Source: Macrostomum lignano (Eukaryota). Taken from it: a stretch of DNA of 64,000 bases. The stretch covers positions 1 to 64,000 of the forward strand of contig NIVC01000773.1 in assembly GCA_002269645.1 (NCBI GenBank), given 5' to 3'. The notes beneath the pieces are model-generated. The model saw only the letters and a program-made list of their open reading frames with translations. It made no database searches and was not told where the DNA came from. Made by a program: the position numbers and the translations under genes. Positions 26,601 to 38,900 of this stretch are shown here, one piece after another; position 1 is the stretch's first letter; each line of letters starts with the position of its first letter.

Positions 26601-29456
26601 TGGGGGGTCACTGAAGGATCTGGTAGATGGGGGTCACTGACGGATCTGGTAGATGGGGGTCACTGAAGGATCTGGCAGATGGGGGTCACTGAAGGATCTG
26701 GTAGATGGGGGGTCACTGAAGGATCTGGTAGATGGGGCGTCACTGAAGGATCTGGTAGATGGGGGGTCACTGAAGGATCTGGTAGATGGGGGGTCACTGA
26801 AGGATCTGGTAGATGGGGGGTCACTGAAGGATCTGGTAGATGGGGGTCACTGAAGGATCTGGTAGATGGGGGGTCACTGAAGGATCTGGTAGATGGGGGG
26901 TCACTGAAGGATCTGGTAGATGGGGGTCACTGAAGGATCTGGTAGATGAAGGTCACTAAAGGATCTGGTAGATGGGGGTCACTGAAGGATCTGGTAGATG
27001 GGGGGTCACTGAAGGATCTGGTAGATGGGGGTCACTGAAGGATCTGGTAGATGGGGCGTCACTGAAGGATCTGGTAGATGGGGGGTCACTGAAGGATCTG
27101 GTAGATGGGGGTCACTGACGGATCTGGTAGATGGGGGTCACTGAAGGATCTGGCAGATGGGGGTCACTGAAGGATCTGGTAGATGGGGGGTCACTGAAGG
27201 ATCTGGTAGATGGGGCGTCACTGAAGGATCTGGTAGATGGGGGGTCACTGAAGGATCTGGTAGATGGGGGTCACTGAAGGATCTGGTAGATGAAGGTCAC
27301 TAAAGGATCTGGTAGATGGGGTCACTGAAGGATCTGGTAGATGAAGGTCACTAAAGGATCTGGTAGATGGGGTCACTGAAGGATCTGGTAGATGAAGGGT
27401 CACTGAAGGATCTGGTAGATGGGGGGTCACTGAAGGATCTGGTAGATGGGGGTCACTGAAGGATCTGGTAGATGGGGGGTCACTGAAGGATCTGGTAGAT
27501 GGGGGGTCACTGAAGGATCTGGTAGATGGGGGTCACTGAAGGATCTGTAGATGGGGGGTCACTGAAGGATCTGGTAGATGGGGGTCACTGAAGGATCTGG
27601 TAGATGGGTTTAGTTTGATGATAACTACAACTCATCATAAAATGATGCCAACTCATCATATAAGCTCATAAATCCAACCAAATTGCTCACCTTTACGCTA
27701 ACAGCATAGCTGGAGCCTACAGCCAGCCCGTGAGTCAAATTGTCCACAAAGTTGGCAAACAAATTAAGATAGCCTTCAACCTGAATAAGATGGAGAAAAT
27801 TATTTAATTATTTTTGGTAAAAAAGGTAACTAAGAGTGACAGATAAAAAACTCGCAAAGTCACCTGCACAGCTGTTGCCGTTTCATCTTCACTGTCACTA
27901 GCGGGTGCCCCATTCACCTTGATACTGCTGTCTGAATCTGTGCGACCACCGCCCAGATCTGCAAATACTAACAGTTTCTCAATAATGAGAAATGACAGCA
28001 CACCAACAATGGTCCACACGCCGACCCAGTTGACTACTGGGTGCTCTGCAGATTCTGAAATTCATAGGACAAATGTGTAATTTGGAGTCATTTATATTAA
28101 TTGAAAAATGAAGGTATTTTAAAATCGAGAAACTTCTTCACCAGAATATTTTGATAAGCTTGGAACTCCTTTGGTGGCAGCTTCCCCCAATTCTGCCCAT
28201 TTCGCTGACTCATACACACACTCACAAAGGGTGCACAGTGGCCATGACTTTCTAATCATTAGGCATGTACCCTCATGGGTGGCCCTACATTTGAGCATGG
28301 AGAGACTGAACAACAGAGTCCCAGCTACAGAGGATGTACTCACTGGATTGAGCATAGGCCTCAGGTAGCAGGTGAAGAAACACATCGCCAAGCATTGATC
28401 CAATGCCAAAGCTGAGAAGGCGGTGCAGCTTTCTGCTTCCAGCTAAAATGGTTCAAAAATGAAGTGCACTGGATTAATCGTAGAATTATTATTTAGATCT
28501 AGTTAGAGTACACAGACTGCTTCAGACCCTGCTTTTGTGGCAATCTTAAACCAGTTGGGTAACCCTTTCTATAGCTTACTACTAGCCAAAGAGTTTTGGG
28601 ATAAATGAATTTATTATGAGCATATATAGCTGGGACTTAGCATTACCTAGCTATTTCTACAAGTATAAATTTTAGTTGCTATTGACTAAGCATAATTTTG
28701 TTTTTTTGATATTTAAATTTTGCCAATAAAAAACTCTAAAGTGAATTATAAACAATATAAAGTTACATATCTATGATCATAAACAAGACAATTTAATATG
28801 TAATATATCTAAACTTTCAATTTTGAAATACAAATATAGATATGATAATATATTTTTGCTTAGTCTTTCAAAGTAAGTTATAGATCATATGTCATACATG
28901 CATAACCAAAATTTATTTTGCTGGTATAATTTATATTTTATGAAGATGTAACATCTAAAAAGCCTATTGAAATATTGCTAGAATTATATGCAATATATAT
29001 ATTTTCACTCTTACTTTAACTTTTATTTCACTCTTATTTAATGTTCTTTTCTTTTTTGATATCTTTGTTTTATAGGTCACTTATATAAGTAATTTTAAAC
29101 TTAATTAAACAATATTTTAGCATATGTATTCAAACTATATATATAAATTTTGATATGTATTTAATATATTGAATTTTGGTATAGTTATATTTAAACATTA
29201 AAACATTTGAATGATTTTTATATCAAGAAATGTCTTCTCTATTTAAAAAATTTAAATTTTATTAAAAAAATAAATAAATAATACTTGCAATTGCAATATA
29301 TAAATAGAATATTATCTTACCCTTTGACTGTAGATGTTCAGTAAGTTCTGTTGGAATAATCAATAGTGGAAAAATTCCACATAAACCAACAATTAAAGAT
29401 GATACAATGGGAAAAAGAACTATAGAAATCTGGGGTGCAAAAAAAGTTGAAATCAT
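23690..29456 (-). CDS. SLC39A13: LIV-1 subfamily zinc transporter, ZIP13-like. Exons: 29321-29456, 28344-28442, 27864-28054, 27691-27780, 25885-25998, 24195-24364, 23690-23762
   Basis: Spliced product reads [138 protein letters not shown]. It carries the LIV-1 HEXPHEXXD motif and no His-rich N-terminus, which argues against ZIP7. All junctions GT..AG and in phase. The start codon is uncertain because an internal acceptor at 29421-29420 is possible. Confidence 0.92.
23915..24130. repeat. 28-bp minisatellite in the last ZIP13 intron
   Basis: Unit ggctggcccagcaactgaggatctggga. Confidence 0.92.
24820..25850. repeat. 16-bp minisatellite
   Basis: Unit agatgtagatcatgtY, degenerating toward 25850. 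Confidence 0.96.
26293..27608. repeat. 26/27-bp G-rich minisatellite
   Basis: Unit gaaggatctggtagatggggg(g)tcact. Confidence 0.97.
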
Positions 29457-31965
29457 GGTTTTTATTGAATTAAACTAGGCCTAAAATACTTTAAATTTAA
29501 TTTTTGAACCTAGAAATTGAACCAATAATTAGATTTGATTTACTTTCTAATAAAAACTTGCCATTATTTTCTTTTTAACCAAGTCAAAATTGTTGAACTA
29601 GAACAAGCAAGGCAATGCTACTATGCTAATAATAGTAATAGATAGATTTAGTATATTTAGAAAGTAGATTTGTCTAGCCTATCATCAATATTCAAGATTC
29701 CTAATTCAAAGGGGAACTAGGCCTATTCGAATTTTTCAACACTTTCAATTTTTTTAAGAAAAGCGAACTATGTAGATAGCGATACGAGATTCTGTTAGGC
29801 CCTAATCTACAAAAACTAGATATATTAAGAGTTAAGACTATAATATTGTATAGGAGTAGGCTGGTATAGCCAGAAGCCAGCTAGCTAGCCTGCCCTAATG
29901 TAACTGACTGTGTTAGTTGTAAAGTGTCCTCACATCAACGAATAAACTTTAAAGGTATTTTTGCATGAAAATCATTTACAACGCCTGTGATTTTTTACTA
30001 CACTTAGCCTAAAACTGCAGTCTAACTAGTTAAGATCTGTATTTCAGAAAATTATGAAACCACTACCGTCAGCAAAATTCAAACACGGTATTCTTAATTT
30101 AAAGGAAGCTAAACAATAAAACTAATTTTATTTTATGTAAAAAAACACCGACAGAAAATTGCAATTGCCATTAGCAATACTTTTTGTCTGTCAGATTTTT
30201 AGTAGCAAAGTGCAATAGTATATGAAACAAGTATCTAACTTCCATTTCCGCATCTTCGTAAAGTTATATCATCAGAAGGACAGCTACAGGGCGCATTTCT
30301 AAAGTTGCTATCATTTTATTTTATTTTATAAATCTTGGTTTTCAGAATAAATCGCCTAAAAATGGTAATAAGAATATTTGGGGCTTGGATTATATGTACA
30401 ATCTTCGGCACTGTACGTGTGACACTCAGATATCTTCGATCACATACATATGTACACCCAGTGTTCATGCATATTCACACTCAGCAACAGTCAAACCCGC
30501 AACCCTACTAGACCCAGGGAGCAGGACCGAGAGTTGGAAAACATGGCGTCATTGCAGTGTAGTGAGCTGAAGTCAACGCTCTGCCGATTCTCAGAAGGGT
30601 GGCGTGCAGTTGGCTGATAAGCTGAGATCAAGTGACATATACCAGCATTGAATTGGTCAGCTATGAGCTAGCTGTTAAGGACGACAACTTAAGTCGTCAG
30701 TTTCTATGAGCTTACTGAAACCTCCAGGGGTACTTTTCGGATCAGTATATGCTTGCATGCATAACATACCGTACATCTAGCCGTTTGTATTCCAACCGGC
30801 CTATTATACTTTTAGACAATGTAAGATCCAGAGCTGAGAAAGTGCTTTTTATACATGCTTTATCGCGGCTAAAGAAGGATTTAAAGAATTAGTAAACGGA
30901 GGCCGGAGGACAAAAATGATTCAAATTTCAACTGTTGATTTGACATTTTTATTTTAATAATCGCAAAACTTATTTTTGCGGTATGCGCGTATTCACTAAT
31001 CAGTAATCAGTTACGAGTACAAACGGACATCGAAGACAGAGTTCATGATCATAAAAGCTTCCAACTCAGATCAGAAGTAACCATTCAAAGCTTAAGTACA
31101 ATATATTAATATAATTTTTTCATATTATGATGCTAGCTGCAGAATTAGCAAGTAGGATTATTCAAAACAGCAAGAACCCCCCGGTCTACGTAATTGTACA
31201 TGCATATAGCAAGCATTTATTGAGATGCGCTTCTTAAAACGTCAATTATAGCACATAAAAATTTATTGACAATGCAAGAATTATAATAATTGAATGGTTG
31301 CAGCGAATAGAAAAAACGGATGTAGTTTATGTGGGATCAGCTGTACGTTCCTGTAGTATTTAGGATTACTACACATGTACTTTAATAATTTAGATTCCGA
31401 ACTAGTGGAATGGATTTCAGGTGCAGATAAAAAGTACTATACCACATTAAAGACACGCGAAAACAGTCACAGCTGTATGCTAAAACAAATTAACGCAAGT
31501 TACAACATTCAATAAATGAAAAAATGGACAGAATTGGAAAGAATTTTCCAAAAGTTAGGCAGAATTTTTGTCCGGCTCATTAAATAACTAACTGATTTCG
31601 ATTTGTCGAGATTCGATCGACCCAGTCGCAGCTGCATGAGGGGCTTTTGACAGATACAATTGTCAAAACGCAAAACAATAAATAGTAGGGATGATCGCTT
31701 TTTTTTACAAAAAATGGTTGAACACTTGAACTAAAAATCCAATTAGCAGTTTTTCGAGAGTTTAAAATCTGCAAAGTAGCGCAGTTGCCATATCGAAACA
31801 GTATTTCTGACTTTTGCTTTGGGCCATATAGCTGTGTTTATAAACTCATTCAGATTTGCAGAACCCAAAACACAGACACCCAAATTAGCCAACACCTTCC
31901 AATAACGATCCTTCGAGGGCTTGACTTTAACAAAACGAGATAAACAGTTCAGTTTACCGGCCGAA

Positions 31966-32658
31966 TCAAATGTCCGAGGACTGGCCGAGCCTCGGCTTCG
32001 TGCTCACCGGCGGCGGCAGCGGATGTCGCTGGTGCTGATAATTTTCCTGATAGGCTGGCGGCGGCAGTCCCTGGGTGCGGTTGATCGACGACTGCGAGTG
32101 GGCCGGCTTGATGCCCGCGGCCAGCTGGTCGCTGCTGCCGGCTCTGTACATGTTGGCGGCCGCGGCCACCGACGACATCTGGCCGTGCGGATTGTTGCTG
32201 GCGCCGCGCTGCTGGAACTGAGGCTGGCCGGTCTGGTGCTGCGACATGTACTGAGCCTGCGCCTGCGACATGTGCTGCGGCATCGTTGCGCCGCCGCCGC
32301 CACCGCCTTCGTAGCTACTTGGCGGAGCGGACGAGAAGATCTGCGTGTTGCGCATCACCTGACCGGCAGCGCTTGGCGGCGGCAGGTAGCCGAATCCCTG
32401 CTGCGGTTCGTCTGTGCGGTCCAGGCCTTTGCACAGGATCTTGATCTGCATGGCGAGGGGGTAGGCCGCCACAGCCAGACCGATTAGAACGAAAATCACG
32501 CCAAACACCATGAACAGATCGTAATTGGTGCCATCGAATCCGTACGTCCGACCGAAGACAAGAATTAGAAAGCCTAACAAAAATATGAGGCCGCCAACTC
32601 CCAGCAAAGTGTAGAGTTTGCGATACTTGACCACTTCATCCTGCTCCAGGTAGCCCAT
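31966..32658 (-). CDS. Single-exon orphan membrane protein, 230 aa: two N-terminal TM helices and a Pro/Gln-rich tail with a PPAY motif
   Basis: GC-rich ORF with ATG in a good context (gccatcATGG). Hydrophobic segments YTLLGVGGLIFLLGFLILVFG and LFMVFGVIFVLIGLAVAAYPLAM; LPPPAY near the C-terminus. Confidence 0.8.
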   Translation of the reverse strand: MGYLEQDEVVKYRKLYTLLGVGGLIFLLGFLILVFGRTYGFDGTNYDLFMVFGVIFVLIGLAVAAYPLAMQIKILCKGLDRTDEPQQGFGYLPPPSAAGQVMRNTQIFSSAPPSSYEGGGGGGATMPQHMSQAQAQYMSQHQTGQPQFQQRGASNNPHGQMSSVAAAANMYRAGSSDQLAAGIKPAHSQSSINRTQGLPPPAYQENYQHQRHPLPPPVSTKPRLGQSSDI

Positions 32659-33589
32659 GATGGCGGTTCAGGCGATTGCAAACAAAACAAAAACTAGATT
32701 TCTCTGTTTCTTGTCTCAGTGCTACTTGCAAAGGGTAAAATAGTCAGCATGAACTGAGGTTGGTTAAATAGCTTCCTACTTCGCAGTGCTTGTGCTGCCT
32801 GTGCGCCGTCAGTCTGAGTCAGCCCTTCTCACCGCTCATCAACCCCAACCCGATCTGACCTCGAGAGAGAGAGAGACGAGTATAGCTTGTGCCGCTGCAA
32901 GTACAGCGCCAGTGTACCTTTTCCATTCTCTTACCTTCCTCCCTTATTTTATTTCTTCATGTCTGGCCAACGCTCAGAGTGAGCCAGTGTACATATAGTT
33001 CACCCTCCCTTTGCCCGCCCTCCACAGTGAGAACCGGCTCACATTGGCCGCCATGAAATATGGCGAGGCTACGCAAGACAGGGCGTTTACTCGGGGTGGG
33101 GGAGAGAGAGTATGGGTAGATGGGATAGCAATCTTCGCTCCACACCCTGACGACTGCCGCGTACACTCTTGCATTAAGTCAATGAAAGGAATGCTAACTA
33201 ATACAGATCCATTAACACGAGTACAGAATGGCAAGCATGCGTCTTGTACTCAACACAGTAAAATGCGAATTTATTTAGGTCAATGCCTTAATCCCTTGGT
33301 TCATTTTAAATTAACCACTGGCCCAATATAATTTTAATACGAGTCTTTGTGACCATGGACGACTTGTACGCAGCCCAAATTGTAGTATTCTCAAAGAACC
33401 CCATGGCATCCCGTAAAGTACCTTCTAAGGGTGTCCTGCCGTCGCCTGTCGCCTCAAATAATGCTCCCCGAAATGGTTCCAACAACATCCCAAACAGCGT
33501 CTACAAACAGCAAATCAAACAGCACCTCAAACATGCAGTGTCTCAGACACCACTTCAAACAGCACTTCAAACAGCGCCCCCAACAGCAC

Positions 33590-34410
33590 CACAAACAGTG
33601 CCATCCCAAACAGCACCTCAAACAGTGCCATCCCAAACAGCACCACAAACAGCGCCATCCCAAACAGCACCACAAACAGCGCCATCCCAAACAGCACCTC
33701 AAACAGTGCCATCCCAAACAGCACCTCAAACAGCGCCATCCCAAACAGCACCTCAAACAGCGCCATCCCAAACAGCACCTCAAACAGTGCCATCCCAAAC
33801 AGCACCTCAAACAGTGCCATCCCAAACAGCACCACAAACAGCGCCATCCCAAACAGCACCACAAACAGCGCCATCCCAAACAGCACCTCAAACAGTGCCA
33901 TCCCAAACAGCACCTCAAACAGCGCCATCCCAAACAGCACCTCAAACAGCGCCATCCCAAACAGCACCACAAACAGCGCCATCCCAAACAGCACCACAAA
34001 CAGCGCCATCCCAAACAGCACCACAAACAGCGCCATCCCAAACAGCACCACAAACAGCGCCATCCCAAACAGCACCTCAAACAGCGCCATCCCAAACAGC
34101 ACCTCAAACAGCGCCATCCCAAACAGCACCTCAAACAGTGCCATCCCAAACAGCACCACAAACAGTGCCATCCCAAACAGCACCTCAAACAGCGCCATCC
34201 CAAACAGCACCACAAACAGCGCCATCCCAAACAGCACCTCAAACAGCGCCATCCCAAACAGCACCACAAACAGCGCCATCCCAAACAGCACCACAAACAG
34301 CGCCATCCCAAACAGCACCACAAACAGCGCCATCCCAAACAGCACCTCAAACAGCGCCATCCCAAACAGCACCTCAAACAGTGCCATCCCAAACAGCACC
34401 ACAAACAGCG
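33590..34410. repeat. 27-bp minisatellite
   Basis: Unit caaacagcacctcaaacagcgccatcc; stop-free in several frames. Confidence 0.96.
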
Positions 34411-35101
34411 TCCAAGCAGCAGCGTTGTTAGATTTTCTAACCTGCCTACTATTGTGGGCTGTGTTCCATTTCCATGCGATAGCGTGCGAGACACCCAAAT
34501 AATGCCATGAAGTTTTGGTCCCGCTGTGACCAACCTGTGCGGCACCAAGTACAGGCTGCTGGCAAGCATCACAGACGTACTGGGACTATGCGAAGACTGC
34601 CATCGATGCGGTACCGGAACTTAGTCATCTTTTGTAGCCATCGCGCTAACCAGCTGGATGAGCTGCGTCATATTCGAGGAATTCGGACCCTAGAGACGGT
34701 CTCGTAAAGTACTGAGATGGGAGCCCGGCGCTGCAAGGCAGCGAGAAACAGTAATAGAATGGATGTGGCCAACTGCAACATCAATTTAAATTGACACCCG
34801 CGGCCTGTGAAGCAGCAATTCCCGTCAAAGAAAGCATGCAGGCGGACTGAAGGAACGCAGGCGAACGGCTCGAGATTGTGAGCATTCTATGCACCTAAAT
34901 ATTCTAATGTTGTTCGTAGTCCTATTTGTACGTGCTTGCGTATGGGGGGTTGTTTGCAACGTGCGGCTGCGCCCGTGTGTGTGCAACACCCAAACCCCAC
35001 CTCAATCTTCGGCTTATAAAATATATCGATTGTCAGGCCTGAGCGCCAAGTCGGTTTTTCTCGCAATCTCAAACCTCGCTCGTTTTACACTGGTGGCAGC
35101 G

Positions 35102-35938
35102 ATGGACTCAACTCACACAAGTGAAAATAATGCTGCTTTGCTACCGCCGAAATTCTACGGCCAGTCAAACGTGCACAAATGACTCAGTGTCTTCGAAGAC
35201 TTTGTAGAGGACAAAGGCTGGGACGACGCACAGTCTGCTTCGAAGCTGAAGCTCCTGCTGCATGGTGAAGCCCAGATATGCGTTTGGGATCTGCTGGAGG
35301 CTGATAGGAAAAGCTACAAAAAGATAAAAGAGGTGCTACAAAAGCAGTTCGGCGGAGCAGCCAGCCAGCATCGCGCCATGGAAGAGTTCCAAGATCGACG
35401 GAGAAACAGCGCAGAGACCCTGCGAGAGCTTTCGTACTCCTTGAGGCTGCTGTACATGACAGCACGGCCTGATGACTCCTCGGCGCTGCGAGATCGTGAG
35501 GTGAAATTTCGAAAAATTCAGCTAATGACTGCGGACATACGCGACACCCTGCTCAAGGACAGGGACCTGGACTCCTGCACGCTGGAGGAGCTGGTCGAGC
35601 GGGCCACGAGGCTGGAGCAAATCGCGAGCAAATGCAAACCAGGCAACTCGCCCGCAGTGGCGATGGTTGACGATCGACTGGCACGGCTGGAGCAGCAGCT
35701 GGAGACCCTGACGGCTGCGGTGACGAGGGGCGGCAGCGCGAGAGGACGCGGTGGCGGCAGGCCGAGAGATCAGCAGCAGCGGTCATCAGGCTGCTTTCGG
35801 TGCGGTAAGGAAGGCCACATCGCCCGCCGGTGCCCTGCTGGCGGATCTCAGGGCCAAGGTCGCTGCTTCAACTGCTCCGGCTGGGGCCACGGCGCGGCTG
35901 TCTGTCCGTCAAAGGCTCGGCCGTCGGGAAACTTCTGA
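35102..35938 (+). pseudogene. gag: Gypsy gag with an in-frame TGA at 35180-35182
   Basis: LPPKFYG..HK*LSVFEDF and two zinc knuckles, CFRCGKEGHIARRC and CFNCSGWGHGAAVC. Confidence 0.9.
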
Positions 35939-38900
35939 GGATTGGCAGCGAAGGGCCAGCTCCAACCCGTCAATCAAGTGCCCAATCTGCACTCTCAATA
36001 TTCGTGCGTGCGCCTCTGCAAGGCAATGAGGTCAGTTTCCTGCTCGACACTGGCGCACAGACATCCTTGATCAGCCGCAGCCTCGCGCAAGTCTGCGGCC
36101 TTCAGATCGAGCCCGGTGGAAGCTGCTGCCCGACTTCGGTCGATGGTGGCCGCCTGAGTTGCATCGGGATTGCCCGAGCCACAATTCAAGTCGGCCAGTC
36201 AGTCAAGGTTGTCCATGAGCTCAACGTGGTGGAGAACATCAGTCTGGATCTCATCCTCGGCATGGACTTCATCACCCGAACCACCCGAGAGCTTCAGATC
36301 GACATCGTTGGTAGGACCGTATGCCTCAACGGAGAGAAAGTCCCGTTCTTCAACAGCAGCTCAAGCGTCCGAATGGTGACCGGCACCCTCGTTGCTCGAG
36401 TGGAAAGCAAAACAAGTGTTCCAGCACGAAGCGAAAAGCTGGTGTGGCTCCGCGTCAAGTCGGAAGACGAGCAAGGCATCTTCGAGCCCGACGCCAACTT
36501 TACCCAAGCGACTGGTTTGCTTGTCTCGAGAGTTTTGACCGTTTCAGCTGATCAGAAGATTCCAATCCGGGTGTGCAATTTAGGCTCCGAGGAGGTGCTA
36601 CTCTACGCCAACAAGGCCGTCGGCTCTTTTGAAGCTGCCGACCTGATCAACAACAGCGCTGGCACAGTCAAGCAGACGGACTGCTGGGATGTCAACCCTG
36701 ACTTGGATGCGGCTGACAGGCAGAGACTACTGGCACTACTCAAGGCGAACGGTGACCTGTTCAGCACTCACGAGTACGACCTCGGCTCCACCGCGCTGCT
36801 GAAACATAGTATCGAGCTGCAGCCCGGCACGCAGCCCTACAAGCAGCGCCAGCGACCGATTCCGCTGCCGGTTCGTGACCAGGTCGACCAGAAAATTGGC
36901 CAGATGCTGGAGCACGACATCATTGAGCCGTCCAACTCGCCCTGGGCCAGCAATCTTATCGTCGTCCGGAAAAAGAGCGGCGACATCTGCCTATGCACCG
37001 ACTGGCGTCAGTTGAACTCTGTGACCATCAAGGACGCCTACCCCCTGCCGCACCTGCAACAATCGATGGATGCTCTGGCGGGCTGCTCTTGGTTTACCAC
37101 CATCGACTGAAAGCAGGGGTTCAACCAGATCGTGGTCGACGAGGCAGACCGCTACAAGACTGCTTTCTATTCCACACGAGGCCTTATGCAGTTCAAGAAG
37201 ATGGGCTTCGGTATGTGCAACTCTCCTGCGACCTTCCAGAGGCTAATGGAGCTCGTTATGTCCGGCCTGACCTGGGAGGAGGTGCTAGTCTACGTGGACG
37301 ACTTGATCGTGTTCAGTCGGAGCTTCGAAGAGCATCTGGCCAGCCTGCGCAAAGTTTTCGACCGGCTGCGAGCTGCGGGACTGAAGCTCAACAAGGACAA
37401 GTCGGTGTTCGCTCACAGGAGCGTGAAGTACCTGGGCCACATCGTCAGCCGGGAAGGAATTCGGCCGGATCCGGACAAAGTGGAGGCCCTGGCCAAGATT
37501 CAGTCACCAAGTTCTGCCGAGGAGGTGCGACGATTCATCGGCATGTTGTGCTTCTATCGCAGATTCATCAGGGACTTCAGCAAGACAGCGGCACCACTGC
37601 ATGCCGCAACACAGAAGACGGGCTTCACCTGGACAGACGAGTGCGAGACGGCCTTCCAGACGCTCAAGGAGCAACTTGTTTGGAGTCTCAAGCACTTCAG
37701 AGCCTACCTGTGCAGCGTGAAAAACTTCACTGTGTTTACCGATCACCAGCCGCTCAAGGGCCTGCTGCAGACCAAGGAGCCAGAGGGTCGGCTGGCACGT
37801 TGGCTCGACACCATCCAGCAGTTCAATCAAGGACTTCTAGACTAACAGGACGCAAAACTCAAAGATCGTGCAATTTTTTGGAGGCCACGATTTCCTGGAA
37901 AAAATACACTGCGAAGATAGGAAAAAATCAGTTTTTCGTCACAAAATCTGTGATTTGTGTGATCTGTGAGTTTGCAACTTTGGGCTTATGAAATAAAGTG
38001 AAAACAATATGAAAATGAAAACTTCACTACACAGCTATATGAAAATATAATAGAGTAACATATTGTGCATGTTAAATTAAAAGAATGGTAGTCTTCACTG
38101 CCCCAGATCAAATACAATCACAGATTTTGTGACGAAAAACTGATTTTTTCCTATCTTCGCAGTGTATTTTTTCCAGGAAATCGTGGCCTCCAAAAAATTG
38201 CACGATCTTTGAGTTTTACGTCCTGTTAGTCTAGAAGTCCTTGAGTTCAATTTCGCGCTCTGCTATCGGCCAGGGCGGGAGAACGTGGTGCCAAACGAGC
38301 TCAGTCGGACGGCTGTCACCCAACTGGCAAATCGCGATGACTACCTGGCAGAGCAGCTCCGAGACAGCCTTCTGCAGAATGTCTTCAAGGCCAATCGACT
38401 CCAAGCTGCCCAAAGCATCGGATGGCTTCACTGATGCGCTGGACTTTGCAGAGGCAACTCAGAGGCGCCTGCTGGACAGCCGGGCGCGTGTCCATCAGCA
38501 GCTGCAGGCGTCGCAGACCGAGCGCAACGAGCGGTACAACATGGAGACTCGGTTCCGGCCGTACAAAGAGGGCGACTTGGTGATGCTGAGCTGCAAGGTG
38601 GTGAAACCTGGCAGATCAAAAAGCCTCAGTAACCGCTGGACCAGGCCGTACATCATCCTGAAGAGGCTCGGCGAGGTCAACTACCGAGTGCGGCCGGCCT
38701 CGGGTCCCGGCGTGCGGATGCGACGCAGGCAGGTGGTGCACCACGACCGGCTAAAACCATTTGTGGAACGGCGCAACTCCTTACGGCCCGGCGACGACCT
38801 GCAGGCTACCGCAGACGAGACTGCTGACGGACTGGTGGACCCTCAGCTCCAGGCGCCTGATGCCTGGGTGCAGCTGTTCGACGGTAACGGCGGACCGGAT

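Noticed and set aside
35180-37110. In-frame TGA codons in gag and pol as selenocysteine or readthrough
   Set aside because: They replace expected Trp and Leu residues in an element with several other lesions, so ordinary nonsense mutations explain them.
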